From: Oscillospiraceae bacterium
GTDB lineage: Bacteria > Bacillota > Clostridia > Oscillospirales > Ruminococcaceae
Reading direction: 5' to 3'
DNA length: 60,088 nt
Assembly (NCBI GenBank): GCA_020024185.1
Contig: JAHHUD010000001.1
Coordinates: forward strand, 1 to 60,088
Positions within the stretch are counted from its first letter, which is position 1, and each line of letters opens with the position of its first letter. The position numbers and the translations under genes were made by a program. This document shows positions 1 through 9,619 of the stretch, piece by piece. The notes under the pieces were generated by a model that saw only the letters and a program-made list of their open reading frames with translations, was not told the origin of the DNA and searched no databases.

Positions 1-234
1 ATATAGTGTAGTGTTGGAAACTATATTATATGTCTCTCCTAATATTTCTTTTATAATAAATAAACCATTAAAATTCTAATAACAACTCCACCTTTATAAT
101 ATATCATTTTTTGTGTTTTCTATAAATTAACATATAATAAAATATTTATTGCTAGAATAATAGAAAACCATAAGTTTTTACATATTTTTTAGTTTATATT
201 TTATACTGTAAAAATAATATCACAATAATACAAA

Positions 235-266
235 AGAAAGGCTTATAATAAGCCTTTCTTTTTTTA
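235..266. terminator. Bidirectional intrinsic terminator downstream of the permease gene
   Basis: Perfect 11-bp stem AGAAAGGCTTA (235-245) / TAAGCCTTTCT (249-259) with a 3-nt loop. A-run on the left and T7 run on the right. Confidence 0.6.
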
Positions 267-366
267 TTATAAATTATCAATCATTATAAAAACAATACTT
301 CTGTTTTTGTTTTTTTAAATATATTTTTTGTGTTTTCATCTGTATATTTACATTGTCATTATAATT

Positions 367-2574
367 TTATGGTTCAAGTTCTTTAAAGTCTTGTTTTATA
401 AAGTCTGGTGCATCTTTATATGACAAATAATATGACATTGTATTTTCTATAATAACATCTTTTGGATTAAAGTCTTTTGGAACAAAGAATACATCAAAAT
501 ATCTGTTTTCCGATGAAGGTAGATACATAGCCGTGCTAGATTTATCCACAACTTGTTTTATTTTGTCAATATCTTCATATCTCTTAAATTCACCCTCAGC
601 TATATGGTAAATATCAGCTACGTCGTAAATACTTGAATTATAGTTTTCAAATGAAGATGCATTCTCTTCTGCAAGTATACTATTGAAAAATTCAAAACTT
701 GGTTTAACGATAACATTTACATCTTCAGGAATATTTAATTGTGCATATTGCTCAAGACCAATTTGTTTAAGTGCATTTATTGTATTTATGCTTGATTGTG
801 TAACATTAAACACTACACCTGTATATTCCGGACGTTCATCTATCGTGTAAGCCAAATTTTTATATTCTTTATTTATTTTCTTTGATGATAAAATTTTATA
901 GTTAACAGCTATTTTTGCATAAATAACACCTTTTTCTTGAATTCTCATTTGACTTGTCATATTCAATGTGTCTTGTGCAATTGCATTATATAAAATATTT
1001 CTTTGCTCATCATTGAGATTTAATGTCTGATAATTTCTTCCAAATCCGTCTTTAATTTCAAAGTTCAAAACCTTGTCAGCAGGTTCACTTATAACCGGAT
1101 ATAGTTTTGTTTTAAATTCTTCAGAGTATGTCAACTCAAGCCATTTATTTATAACATTTTTTGGAATATTATAATAGTCTCTTTTTACTGTTTTACCATT
1201 TTTCAATGTATATTCTATTCTGAAAGTTTCATAGATGTAATCATCTGAATTATTATTTTTTTCCTCAACTATAATTTGATGGATATCTAATACTCTATTA
1301 ATTGTTTTCTCATCTTCAAAAACAGCATTGTCAAATCTATTGTCTTTAACTTGAATACTTCCATTTTCATCTAATACAGATTTTGAAATATTAGAATATT
1401 GGCTATCAAGTTCCACTCTTACCGTTTTAACTTCTTCTACATCTGGTACATACATTTTTATTGCATTAAATCTATTATCTCCAATAAATATAAACGCAAT
1501 AACGATAATCAAACTTATCCCAAGATTTATAATTGCATTTTTGTTTGGTTTTGCATTTCTGGAAATAATTGCATTAAATACAAGAAATACTACAATCGTG
1601 AATAATAAACTTGGTATCAATATAGATTTAATTGTAGGTGGATAAGCTTCATATACATTAAATGCACTGTATGATAAACCAAAAACCATACCTGTGCCAA
1701 CACTTGCTGCTATTATGATAAATTTATATACGATATTTTTACTGGTTGCGCTTTGAGCTGATTCACTTTTTCTAATTTTATAAATAAAACAAGACAAAGC
1801 CATTATTGCAATTGCAGCTATTATATAAATTAATGAAAGTGAAAATGAATATTCAATTCTGCTATCATTAAAAAATATTTGATATATCATAACTGCTGGA
1901 GAAAATTTTAATGCAGTGTACAATATCTGACTGTCTGGTTTATATCCATCAGCATAAGACATAGATAATATAGTAATAAGCGCAGTATATGCAGGAACTA
2001 TTGCCAAAAATGCTGTTGAAAATATTGTGCTATCTAAACTTGTTGCACAGCACACACAGCTAAAAAATGATATTGCAGCAATTAAAACTGTAATAATAGC
2101 AACACGGATAAATTCTATAAAAATTGCTCCAAGACTTATATCAAAGTTTATTTTTGCTGTAACTGCCACAACACCATAGCAAATAGCTTGTGATGTTAAA
2201 AGTGTTGTTATAACTGCAAAAAAGTTTGCCATAAGTTGTTGATGTCTTTTTACTGGTAATGCGTGAAAAACGTCAACAGCTCTTTTATTGTGCATAAAGT
2301 TATTTGCAAGCACAGATAAAATAATTGCTCCACCTATAACAATAATAAAATAAAAAATAATTGAAGAGGTAGTATAAATACTAGGGTCTCCTATAAATGG
2401 ATAATACCCAACACCTTTTTTTTGTCTTTGTGAAACCTCTGATATATAACTTACCGGAAATGAAATAAAACAGATAAGCAGATATAAAGCACTTGTAGCA
2501 CCTATTCGTTTTAGTGCATTTTTATATAATGATAAAAATATTTTTTGATTAGAACAAGATTTTGTCTGTGTCAT
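367..2574 (-). CDS. ABC-2-like multi-pass membrane permease with a large hydrophilic C-terminal domain of unknown function
   Basis: The N-terminal ~390 aa are very hydrophobic, with many predicted TM helices. The C-terminal ~350 aa are hydrophilic (N/K/E/Y-rich). Start moved to the ATG at 2572-2574 (M10 of the track ORF), which has GGAGG 9 nt upstream. Overlaps the ABC ATPase gene by 26 nt. Confidence 0.75.
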   Translation of the reverse strand: MTQTKSCSNQKIFLSLYKNALKRIGATSALYLLICFISFPVSYISEVSQRQKKGVGYYPFIGDPSIYTTSSIIFYFIIVIGGAIILSVLANNFMHNKRAVDVFHALPVKRHQQLMANFFAVITTLLTSQAICYGVVAVTAKINFDISLGAIFIEFIRVAIITVLIAAISFFSCVCCATSLDSTIFSTAFLAIVPAYTALITILSMSYADGYKPDSQILYTALKFSPAVMIYQIFFNDSRIEYSFSLSLIYIIAAIAIMALSCFIYKIRKSESAQSATSKNIVYKFIIIAASVGTGMVFGLSYSAFNVYEAYPPTIKSILIPSLLFTIVVFLVFNAIISRNAKPNKNAIINLGISLIIVIAFIFIGDNRFNAIKMYVPDVEEVKTVRVELDSQYSNISKSVLDENGSIQVKDNRFDNAVFEDEKTINRVLDIHQIIVEEKNNNSDDYIYETFRIEYTLKNGKTVKRDYYNIPKNVINKWLELTYSEEFKTKLYPVISEPADKVLNFEIKDGFGRNYQTLNLNDEQRNILYNAIAQDTLNMTSQMRIQEKGVIYAKIAVNYKILSSKKINKEYKNLAYTIDERPEYTGVVFNVTQSSINTINALKQIGLEQYAQLNIPEDVNVIVKPSFEFFNSILAEENASSFENYNSSIYDVADIYHIAEGEFKRYEDIDKIKQVVDKSSTAMYLPSSENRYFDVFFVPKDFNPKDVIIENTMSYYLSYKDAPDFIKQDFKELEP

Positions 2575-3448
2575 ATCCAACTGCCTCCATTTCATATACA
2601 AATACTTCTTCCAATGTCAGTGGAATGTAGTCAACAAAAAGTGGGTTAAACTGGCTTATAAATTTTTCTGCTTCGTCACAACTCATTGCACAAGCAATTG
2701 TGTATACACTGCCGGAAAATTTTGTAGAAAGTATTTTTTCATTTTTAATACTATTTTCATCAAATTCTTTAGGAAAAGCAACCTGAATTTTGCAAAATCT
2801 ATCGCTGATACCGTCAACAGAAATTTCTTTTACCAATTTACCTTTATGCAAAATCCCCACACTGTCACAAAAGTCTTCAAGCTCTCTCAAGTTATGGCTT
2901 GAGATAATAACGGTCATATTTGTGTCTATAACTTCTTCTGCAATAAGTTTTCTTATAGCAACTCTGATAACAGGGTCAAGCCCGTCAAAAGCCTCGTCTA
3001 AAAGCAAATATTTTGGCTGACAGCTTAAAGCAAGGATAATAGCTGCCTGGCGTTTCATACCTTTTGAAAAGTTTTTAACTTTTGCTTTTCTGTCAATTGG
3101 AAAACGGCTTACAAGATTTTCGTATTTTTCCTGGCTCCAATTTGGATAAATATCTTTATAAATATTTGTCATACTATCAATTGAACTGTTTGGCAAAAAA
3201 TACATATCATCGCTTACAAAAAATACTTTGCTTTTTGCTTGTATATTTTCATAAACAGATTGATTATCAATTTCCACCATTCCGTTATCTGCGTAATAAA
3301 CCCCACAAATTGTGCGTAAAAAAGTACTTTTACCACTGCCGTTTGTACCAACAAGACCATATATTCTGCCTTCTGGTATTTCTATATTAAGGTTATCAAC
3401 AGCTATTTTATCATCAAATCTCTTTACATAATTTTTGGCTGTTATCAT
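2549..3448 (-). CDS. ABC transporter ATP-binding protein
   Basis: Walker A GTNGSGKST, signature-like FSKGMKRQ, Walker B LLLDEAFDGLD, H-loop SSHNL. About 80 aa C-terminal extension. ATGA overlap with the gntR gene. Confidence 0.92.
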   Translation of the reverse strand: MITAKNYVKRFDDKIAVDNLNIEIPEGRIYGLVGTNGSGKSTFLRTICGVYYADNGMVEIDNQSVYENIQAKSKVFFVSDDMYFLPNSSIDSMTNIYKDIYPNWSQEKYENLVSRFPIDRKAKVKNFSKGMKRQAAIILALSCQPKYLLLDEAFDGLDPVIRVAIRKLIAEEVIDTNMTVIISSHNLRELEDFCDSVGILHKGKLVKEISVDGISDRFCKIQVAFPKEFDENSIKNEKILSTKFSGSVYTIACAMSCDEAEKFISQFNPLFVDYIPLTLEEVFVYEMEAVGYDTDKILF

Positions 3449-3819
3449 ACTATTCCCTCCTCTGAATATACTTTTTCAACTTTTGATAAAACATCTTGCT
3501 TTGATACTTTATTATTTTTTAACTTTATACATATCTCTTCAAGATTTTTTAATTCTACATCTCTCTGTTTTTCTTTAACCGATTTTATATCCGAAACAAA
3601 ACTTCCCCTACCTGCAACCGAATATATTATTCCTTCTCTTTCCATATCTTGATAAGCTTTTTGGATTGTATTTGGATTTACACCCAATTCTTTTGCCAAG
3701 GCTCTTACAGATGGAAGTTGACTATCTTGCTGAATAACTCCTGCAATTATCATCTCAAGAGTTTTATTTTTTAACTGTTCATATATTGGCGTCCTGCTTT
3801 TTAGGTCTAATATAAACAT
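3445..3819 (-). CDS. GntR-family transcriptional regulator, short YtrA-like subtype
   Basis: 124 aa. N-terminal winged HTH (PIYEQLKNKTLEMIIAGV...LPSVRALAKELGVNPNTIQKAYQDMEREGII) with only a short C-terminal helical tail. First gene of the ABC module. Confidence 0.88.
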   Translation of the reverse strand: MFILDLKSRTPIYEQLKNKTLEMIIAGVIQQDSQLPSVRALAKELGVNPNTIQKAYQDMEREGIIYSVAGRGSFVSDIKSVKEKQRDVELKNLEEICIKLKNNKVSKQDVLSKVEKVYSEEGIV

Positions 3820-3850
3820 AAACTCTTACCCCCAGTTTCAAAATTTATTG

Positions 3851-3880
3851 TGTACTATTTTAAATAATACAGTTGGTACA
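3851..3880 (-). promoter_or_regulatory. Candidate operator: 21-bp imperfect palindrome plus an extra GTACA half-site
   Basis: TGTACTATTT-T-AAATAATACA (3851-3871) has 9 of 10 arm matches. TGTAC (3851-3855) is also inverted with GTACA (3876-3880). Lies between the predicted -10 and the gntR start codon. Confidence 0.4.
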
Positions 3881-3885
3881 GTTAT

Positions 3886-3914
3886 ATCTTAGTTTAAAAT
3901 TTTAAAATTGTCAA
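3886..3914 (-). promoter_or_regulatory. Sigma-A type promoter of the gntR-ABC-permease operon
   Basis: Minus strand TTGACA (3909-3914), 17-nt spacer, TAAGAT (3886-3891). Confidence 0.5.
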
Positions 3915-3960
3915 TAGATTTTTTAAAATTTTCAAAAATTTATTTTTATAAGATGTTCAA

Positions 3961-3998
3961 ATAAAAATACACTTCTGCTAAATATAACAGAAGTGTAT
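3961..3998 (-). terminator. Intrinsic terminator after cysS
   Basis: 11-bp stem ATACACTTCTG (3967-3977) / CAGAAGTGTAT (3988-3998), followed on the minus strand by TTTTTATTT. Sits 10 nt after the cysS stop. Confidence 0.7.
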
Positions 3999-4008
3999 TG
4001 TATAAAAA

Positions 4009-5400
4009 TTATTTTTTTATAATCTGTGGACCTTGTGGAGTATCCTTAACTTCATAACCAAGGTTTGCAAGCTCATCTCTTATCTGGTCTGCTCTTGTCC
4101 AGTTCTTTTCTTTTCTTACGGCTGTTCTTTCTTCAACCAAAGCTTTAACTTCGGCTGGTACTTCGTCTGTATTTCTGTTGTATAAAATACCAAGCACATC
4201 TGCAAGTTCATCAAATATTTTTGCTGTATATTCAAGAGCTTGTTTAGATTGTTCTTTGCCTTCAATATTGATAGCTGTTACAAGTTCAAACAGTTTAGAC
4301 AGTGCGTCAGCTGTGTTAAGGTCATCATTCATAACATCAATAAATTCTGCTTTTGCCTTATCTGCACAAGCTATAATATTGTCTTTACCTTCACCTGCAT
4401 GGCTGATAAGAAAATCAAGATGTTCTCTTGCTGTATAAAGTCTTTCAAGACTGGATTTACACTGTATAATTATTTCTCTTGTAAAATTAAGTGGTGAACG
4501 ATAATGTGCTGTAAGAAGGAAATAGCGTATAACTTCATATCCATATTCCTTTGAAATATCACGCACTGTAAAGAAGTTATTTAAACTCTTGGACATTTTT
4601 TGGTTGTCAACATTTAGAAAACCGTTGTGCATCCAGTAGTTTGCAAATGTACAGCCATTTGCACATTCACTTTGAGCAATTTCGTTTTCATGATGTGGGA
4701 AAATAAGGTCTTCGCCACCACAGTGAAGGTCAATTTGTTCTCCAAGATGTTTTTTACTCATTGCAGAGCACTCAATATGCCAACCTGGACGACCTTCTGA
4801 AAACGGAGATTCCCATTTTGGTTCTCCCGGTTTAGAAGATTTCCAAAGAGCAAAGTCTGCTGGACTTTCTTTTATTTCTCCAACAGCAATTCTTGCACCA
4901 CTTTCAAGGTCTTCAAGAGGTTGGTGGCTAAGCTTGCCGTATTCATTAAAGCTATGAACACGGAAGTATACATCGCCATTTTCTGTTTTATATGCGTGAC
5001 CTTTATCAATAAGTTTTTTTGTAATATCAATAATTTCCGGAATTGTATCAGAAACTCTTGGTCTTGCTGTTGCAGGTTTTACGTTAAGACCTTTAAGGTC
5101 TGTATAGTATTCCTCTTCATATCTTCTTGCAACATTTTCAAAGGTTGTGCCTTCTTCATTTGCTTTTTTAATAATCTTATCATCAATATCTGTAATATTT
5201 GAAACATATTTAACTTCATTTCCACGATATTCAAGAAATCTACGCAATGTATCAAAAATAATAGCTGGACGAGCATTGCCTATATGAACAAAATTATAAA
5301 CAGTTGGTCCACAAACATAAATTTTATATTCGCCTTCTTTAATAGGCACAAATTCTTCTTTTTTTCTTGTAAGTGTATTAAACACCTTCATGTGTTCCAT
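4009..5400 (-). CDS. cysS: Cysteine--tRNA ligase
   Basis: Class I motifs HIGNARP (HIGH) and KMSKSLNN (KMSKS). Typical CysS N-terminus (FNTLTRKKEEF) and length. AAGGAG RBS 7 nt before the ATG. Confidence 0.97.
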   Translation of the reverse strand: MEHMKVFNTLTRKKEEFVPIKEGEYKIYVCGPTVYNFVHIGNARPAIIFDTLRRFLEYRGNEVKYVSNITDIDDKIIKKANEEGTTFENVARRYEEEYYTDLKGLNVKPATARPRVSDTIPEIIDITKKLIDKGHAYKTENGDVYFRVHSFNEYGKLSHQPLEDLESGARIAVGEIKESPADFALWKSSKPGEPKWESPFSEGRPGWHIECSAMSKKHLGEQIDLHCGGEDLIFPHHENEIAQSECANGCTFANYWMHNGFLNVDNQKMSKSLNNFFTVRDISKEYGYEVIRYFLLTAHYRSPLNFTREIIIQCKSSLERLYTAREHLDFLISHAGEGKDNIIACADKAKAEFIDVMNDDLNTADALSKLFELVTAINIEGKEQSKQALEYTAKIFDELADVLGILYNRNTDEVPAEVKALVEERTAVRKEKNWTRADQIRDELANLGYEVKDTPQGPQIIKK

Positions 5401-5491
5401 AATAATTCTCCTTTTAATTTAATTATATCTAAATGTTGATGTTACCATTAAGAATATTTTTAAGTTATATTCTATAAACCGCTTTATAAAA

Positions 5492-5742
5492 TAAAAAACG
5501 CCTTCATCTGCATGTATATACAGACGAAGGCGGCAAATACCACGGTTCCACTTCGATTTATAACTCAAAATTCCGATAACGGCGGAAAACCGCACAAAGC
5601 TAATATTTGTATAAAGTTCACTTTGTGTGCTTTCAAGTGCATTGGGCAGTTTATTTTCTTTAAGATGCTCTCAGCGGCTCACATCTATTCTCTGTTAAAG
5701 TTTTACACTGCTTACTATTCTTGATAATAACGCATTTCATAT
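5492..5742 (-). promoter_or_regulatory. T-box riboswitch leader (Cys-specific by context) controlling cysS
   Basis: Minus strand shows AGAGA and GCTGAGAG stem I elements and the T-box sequence AAGTGGAACCGTGGTA (about 5539-5554). The T-box overlaps the terminator GCCGCCTTCGTCTG...CAGATGAAGGCG + TTTTTT (5492-5533). Candidate UGC specifier in AATGCAC. Confidence 0.75.
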
Positions 5743-5749
5743 ATACAAG

Positions 5750-5778
5750 TATAATATCAACAAAAGCAAATTTTGTCA
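5750..5778 (-). promoter_or_regulatory. Sigma-A promoter driving the T-box leader and cysS
   Basis: Minus strand TTGACA (5773-5778), 17 nt, TATTAT (5750-5755). Confidence 0.65.
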
Positions 5779-5798
5779 ATATTATGTAGTTTTAATAA

Positions 5799-5825
5799 CA
5801 AAAGCCCCCTTTTTTAGAGAGCTTT
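5799..5825 (-). terminator. Intrinsic terminator after pgsA (hairpin complete only in minus-strand RNA)
   Basis: Minus RNA AAAAGCUCUC / GGGGGCUUUU forms a 10-bp stem with two G-U pairs and a 7-nt A-rich loop, then a U-rich tail. On the plus strand the same positions are C-A mismatches. Confidence 0.5.
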
Positions 5826-5832
5826 TGACAAT

Positions 5833-6441
5833 TTATTTTGCATTTTTAATAAGGTCAAAGTTTGGGATAATATACTGCAAACCTGAAACAACTGTTGTAA
5901 TTGCAACAATCCACATAAGCACATTAATAACAACTATCATAAGTGGAGTATATGGTACAACAGCAGCAATTTGCATTTCATCAAGTGCGATAAACAAAAA
6001 TGCAACTATAATAGAAATCATCTGCATAACTGTTTTTGCTTTGCCCCACATTGATGCCGCAATAACCTTTCCACCACCGGCTGATGTTGCTGCAATCATT
6101 CTAATACCACTTACTGCAAATTCTCTTGTGAGAATTATAATAAGAACCATTGGGCTACAAAGACCAAATCTTACAAGATACACAATTGCAGCTGTTGTCA
6201 AAACTTTATCTGCAAGTGGGTCCATAAATTTGCCAAAATCAGTTACAAGATTATATTTTCTTGCTATACTTCCGTCTAAAAAATCTGTAAAAGAAGCAAC
6301 TGCAAATATAATAAGTGCAATTAAAATATTATATCCAACAACACCTGTGTTTGGTATTAATTCAATATATCTTTCCACGAAAAACATAAACACAGGAACA
6401 AGTAAAAATCTTAATAATGTGAGTTTATTTGGTAAATTCAT
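5833..6441 (-). CDS. pgsA: CDP-diacylglycerol--glycerol-3-phosphate 3-phosphatidyltransferase
   Basis: CDP-alcohol phosphatidyltransferase motif DFLDGSIARKYNLVTDFGKFMDPLADK. Multi-TM protein of ~200 aa. Confidence 0.92.
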   Translation of the reverse strand: MNLPNKLTLLRFLLVPVFMFFVERYIELIPNTGVVGYNILIALIIFAVASFTDFLDGSIARKYNLVTDFGKFMDPLADKVLTTAAIVYLVRFGLCSPMVLIIILTREFAVSGIRMIAATSAGGGKVIAASMWGKAKTVMQMISIIVAFLFIALDEMQIAAVVPYTPLMIVVINVLMWIVAITTVVSGLQYIIPNFDLIKNAK

Positions 6442-6454
6442 TACTATTCATCTC

Positions 6455-7777
6455 CTATTTTATGATTTCTGCATATAGGTCATAAATATCACTTTGAATA
6501 ACTTTAACAGTTACAATATCACCAATTTCAACATTACTTTGACCATCAATATACACTTCTCCGTCTATTTCAGGCGCATCATAAACGCTACGACATACAA
6601 AAATATCATTGTCATTATCATACTCGTCAACAATAACATCAATTTCTCTATCAACCATTTTAGCCTGATTTTCTGACATAATGTTTGTCTGTATTCTCAT
6701 TATTTGGTCTGCTCTCTGCTGGCGTATTTCTACATCAATTTGGTTTTCCATTTTAGCAGCAACAGTTCCTTCTTCTTCAGAATATGCAAAACATCCAAGA
6801 CGTTCAAATTTTGCTTGTTTAACAAATTCACAAAGTTCATTGTATTCTTGTTCTGTTTCACCTGGATAACCTGCAATAAGAGTTGTGCGTATATTGATAT
6901 TTGGTATTGCATTTCTAAGTCTTACAACAGCATCTTTTATAATTTCTGTTCCACCTTTACGGTTCATACTTTTAAGAACTCTGTCATTAATGTGTTGAAT
7001 TGGCAAATCAATATATGGCAAAACTTTTTCGTTTACAGCCATTTCTTCAATAACATCATCAGTAAGTCTTTCTGGGTAAGCATACATAAGTCTTATCCAT
7101 TTAATACCTTCTATTTTGCCAATTTCACGCAAAAGTGTATGTAGTTGAGGTGCTCCGTACAAGTCTTCACCATAAGCTGTAATATCTTGTGCAACTATTA
7201 TGATTTCTTTTACGCCTTCTTCAGCAAGAAATTTTGCTTCGTCAATACAACTTTCAATTGCACGTGAACGATGTGGACCACGTATAAGAGGGATTGCACA
7301 ATAGTAACACCCATTTGAACAACCTTCCGCAATTTTAAGATAAGCATAATGTTTAGGTGTAGATATAATGCGTTTTGCAGTAAAGTCCAAATCTGTTTTT
7401 TTGCCATATCGACAAATTTTATTGCCTTTGCAAACTTCTTCAATAATTTCGCAAATATCTCCATTAGAACCAATGCCAACAACAGCATTAACTTCCGGAA
7501 TATCATTTATAATTTCATCACGATATCTTTCTGCAAGACATCCGGTAACTACTATTTTAAGTTTTGGATTTTCAAGACGTGCTTGAACAGCATTGAAAAT
7601 ATTTTCAATTGCCTCTTCTTTTGCAGTTGTAATAAATCCGCAAGTGTTGATAATACAAACATCGGCTTGTGTCATATCTGTTGTAGTTGTATGCCCAGCT
7701 TTGAGAATGCTATGGGCGAGTATATCGGCGTCCACCTGATTTTTTGGACATCCAAGGGAAACTAATGTTATAACCAT
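6455..7777 (-). CDS. rimO: Ribosomal protein S12 methylthiotransferase (MiaB-family radical SAM)
   Basis: N-terminal UPF0004 domain (LGCPKNQVDAD), radical SAM CSNGCYYC, C-terminal TRAM-like domain. 440 aa. Confidence 0.85.
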   Translation of the reverse strand: MVITLVSLGCPKNQVDADILAHSILKAGHTTTTDMTQADVCIINTCGFITTAKEEAIENIFNAVQARLENPKLKIVVTGCLAERYRDEIINDIPEVNAVVGIGSNGDICEIIEEVCKGNKICRYGKKTDLDFTAKRIISTPKHYAYLKIAEGCSNGCYYCAIPLIRGPHRSRAIESCIDEAKFLAEEGVKEIIIVAQDITAYGEDLYGAPQLHTLLREIGKIEGIKWIRLMYAYPERLTDDVIEEMAVNEKVLPYIDLPIQHINDRVLKSMNRKGGTEIIKDAVVRLRNAIPNINIRTTLIAGYPGETEQEYNELCEFVKQAKFERLGCFAYSEEEGTVAAKMENQIDVEIRQQRADQIMRIQTNIMSENQAKMVDREIDVIVDEYDNDNDIFVCRSVYDAPEIDGEVYIDGQSNVEIGDIVTVKVIQSDIYDLYAEIIK

Positions 7778-8404
7778 TTAATATTCGTCCTCTATTTCAA
7801 TTTCTAAATTTCTCATAGCAGATTTTATATCATAATAAGAGTATCCTTTTCGCATTAAGCTTGCAAAAACCTTTTGTGGATTATCCAGCTTATTTCTATA
7901 TTTTGTCTGCAATAAATGTTGCAAATTTTCTGCCTGTTTATCGTTGTCATAATTCTCTATACAACTTTCTATTATATCTTTATTTATCCCCAATGTCAAA
8001 AGTTTAAGCTTTGTTTCACGCAATGAACACTTTTTTACATTTATAAGATATTCTGTTTTAGCTCTGCAAAATTCTTCGTCATTTATTAAACCAAGATTTT
8101 CCATTTTATCACAGGCAGACATGGCACAGTCGCTGTCAAAACTTTTGCATAATTTTGTATATAATTCTTTTTTACTGTGAGAGCGAAATGATAAAAGATT
8201 ATATGCTTTTTGCACAGCCTTATTTGTATTGCTTTTTTCGTAAATCAAACTAAGCTCTTGCCCGGTAAAGCAAGAGCCTATTTTTATTTTTTGTTGTACA
8301 AGCATTAAATCATCAACAGAAAAAAGAAATCCATTTTCACAAAATAATGCATTGTAACCTTTTTTTGTTTTTGTTATATCAGTTATTTTTATACTATTCA
8401 ACAT
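7778..8404 (-). CDS. recX: Recombination regulator RecX
   Basis: Helical-repeat protein of 208 aa immediately downstream of recA, overlapping it by 11 nt. RecX-like repeats (...[15 protein letters not shown]...[15 protein letters not shown]). Confidence 0.8.
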   Translation of the reverse strand: MLNSIKITDITKTKKGYNALFCENGFLFSVDDLMLVQQKIKIGSCFTGQELSLIYEKSNTNKAVQKAYNLLSFRSHSKKELYTKLCKSFDSDCAMSACDKMENLGLINDEEFCRAKTEYLINVKKCSLRETKLKLLTLGINKDIIESCIENYDNDKQAENLQHLLQTKYRNKLDNPQKVFASLMRKGYSYYDIKSAMRNLEIEIEDEY

Positions 8405-9566
8405 CTATATCAATATTTGCACTGCGACGTTTTGGCACAACTTTTTCTTCTGTTTGTGCTGAATTATCAGTTGCATCTTCAGTTTCATCAGAATTATTTT
8501 TAGCTTGTTTTCTGGAGCTCATACGGTTCATTGTTTTTTTATTTTCTTCAGCAAGCTTTGCAAAAACTTTTTCTTCAATTTCTTTTGCAAGGTCAGGGTT
8601 TTGCAAGAAATATTCTTTAATATTATCTCTGCCCTGTCCAAGTCTTGTTTCTCCATAACTAAACCAAGAACCAGACTTGTTAACAATACCCATATCTACA
8701 CCAATATCAAGAATTTCACCAACTTTGGAAATACCTTGACCAAACATAATATCAAATTCTGCCTCTTTAAATGGTGGTGCTACTTTATTTTTAACAACTT
8801 TTGCTCTTGTTCTATTACCAACAATTTCTCCGCCTTGTTTAAGAGCTTCAATCTTTCTTACATCAATTCTCACAGATGCATAATATTTAAGTGCACGACC
8901 ACCAGGTGTTGTTTCTGGGTTGCCATACATAACACCAACTTTTTCACGCAACTGGTTGATAAATATAACAATTGTATTTGTTTTGCCTATAGAACCAGTA
9001 AGTTTTCTTAAAGCCTGACTCATAAGTCTTGCCTGCAAACCAACATGGCTATCTCCCATTTCGCCTTCAATTTCTGCTCTTGGAACCATTGCAGCAACAG
9101 AGTCAACCACAACAATATCAATAGCACCAGAACGCACCAATGCTTCACAAATTTCCATTGCCTGTTCGCCAGTATCCGGTTGAGAAACCAAAAGAGAATC
9201 TATATCAACACCCAAAGCAGCTGCGTAAATTGGGTCAAGAGCGTGTTCTACATCTATAAATGCAGCTGTACCACCAGTTTTTTGTGCTTCTGCTGCAACA
9301 TGAAGAGCAATTGTAGTTTTACCACTGGATTCTGGCCCATAGATTTCCACAATTCTGCCCTTTGGAATACCACCAATGCCAAGTGCAACGTCAAGAGAAA
9401 GTGAACCAGTGGAGATTTTATCCACATTCATAGTAACATTTTCACCAAGACGCATAACTGCACCTTTACCAAACTGTTTTTCAATATTGGCAAGAGCAGT
9501 TGCCAATGCCTTTTCTTTATCCTCTGCAACTGTTGCAGGTTTTACAGTATTTTTTGGCTGTGCCAT
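8394..9566 (-). CDS. recA: Recombinase RecA with an extended charged C-terminal tail
   Basis: GPESSGKTT Walker A, IVVDSVAA Walker B, full-length RecA similarity. 390 aa, with a ~40-aa extra C-terminal charged tail. Confidence 0.98.
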   Translation of the reverse strand: MAQPKNTVKPATVAEDKEKALATALANIEKQFGKGAVMRLGENVTMNVDKISTGSLSLDVALGIGGIPKGRIVEIYGPESSGKTTIALHVAAEAQKTGGTAAFIDVEHALDPIYAAALGVDIDSLLVSQPDTGEQAMEICEALVRSGAIDIVVVDSVAAMVPRAEIEGEMGDSHVGLQARLMSQALRKLTGSIGKTNTIVIFINQLREKVGVMYGNPETTPGGRALKYYASVRIDVRKIEALKQGGEIVGNRTRAKVVKNKVAPPFKEAEFDIMFGQGISKVGEILDIGVDMGIVNKSGSWFSYGETRLGQGRDNIKEYFLQNPDLAKEIEEKVFAKLAEENKKTMNRMSSRKQAKNNSDETEDATDNSAQTEEKVVPKRRSANIDIDVE

Positions 9567-9595
9567 CTATGTTCTCCTTTATACTAAACCGTAAT

Positions 9596-9618
9596 TTTAA
9601 CAACTAATAGTTGTTAAA
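9596..9618 (-). promoter_or_regulatory. Perfect palindrome over the predicted recA transcription start (candidate operator)
   Basis: TTTAACAACTA-A-TAGTTGTTAAA: perfect 11-1-11 inverted repeat. Starts 1 nt downstream of the predicted -10. Confidence 0.45.
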
Positions 9619-9619
9619 T

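Noticed and set aside
107-337. 14-nt direct repeat TTTTTTGTGTTTTC at 107-120 and 324-337, flanking the terminator
   Set aside because: It is short, T-rich and of low complexity, with no further flanking similarity. That is not enough to call a repeat element or binding site.
5512-5724. 70-aa plus-strand ORF between cysS and pgsA
   Set aside because: It overlaps the minus-strand T-box leader and its terminator. There is no RBS, and the region is explained by the riboswitch.
5825-6478. 217-aa plus-strand ORF
   Set aside because: It lies entirely antisense to pgsA, which has a clear CDP-alcohol phosphatidyltransferase motif. It is a low-complexity I/T/A-rich shadow ORF, typical of AT-rich genomes.
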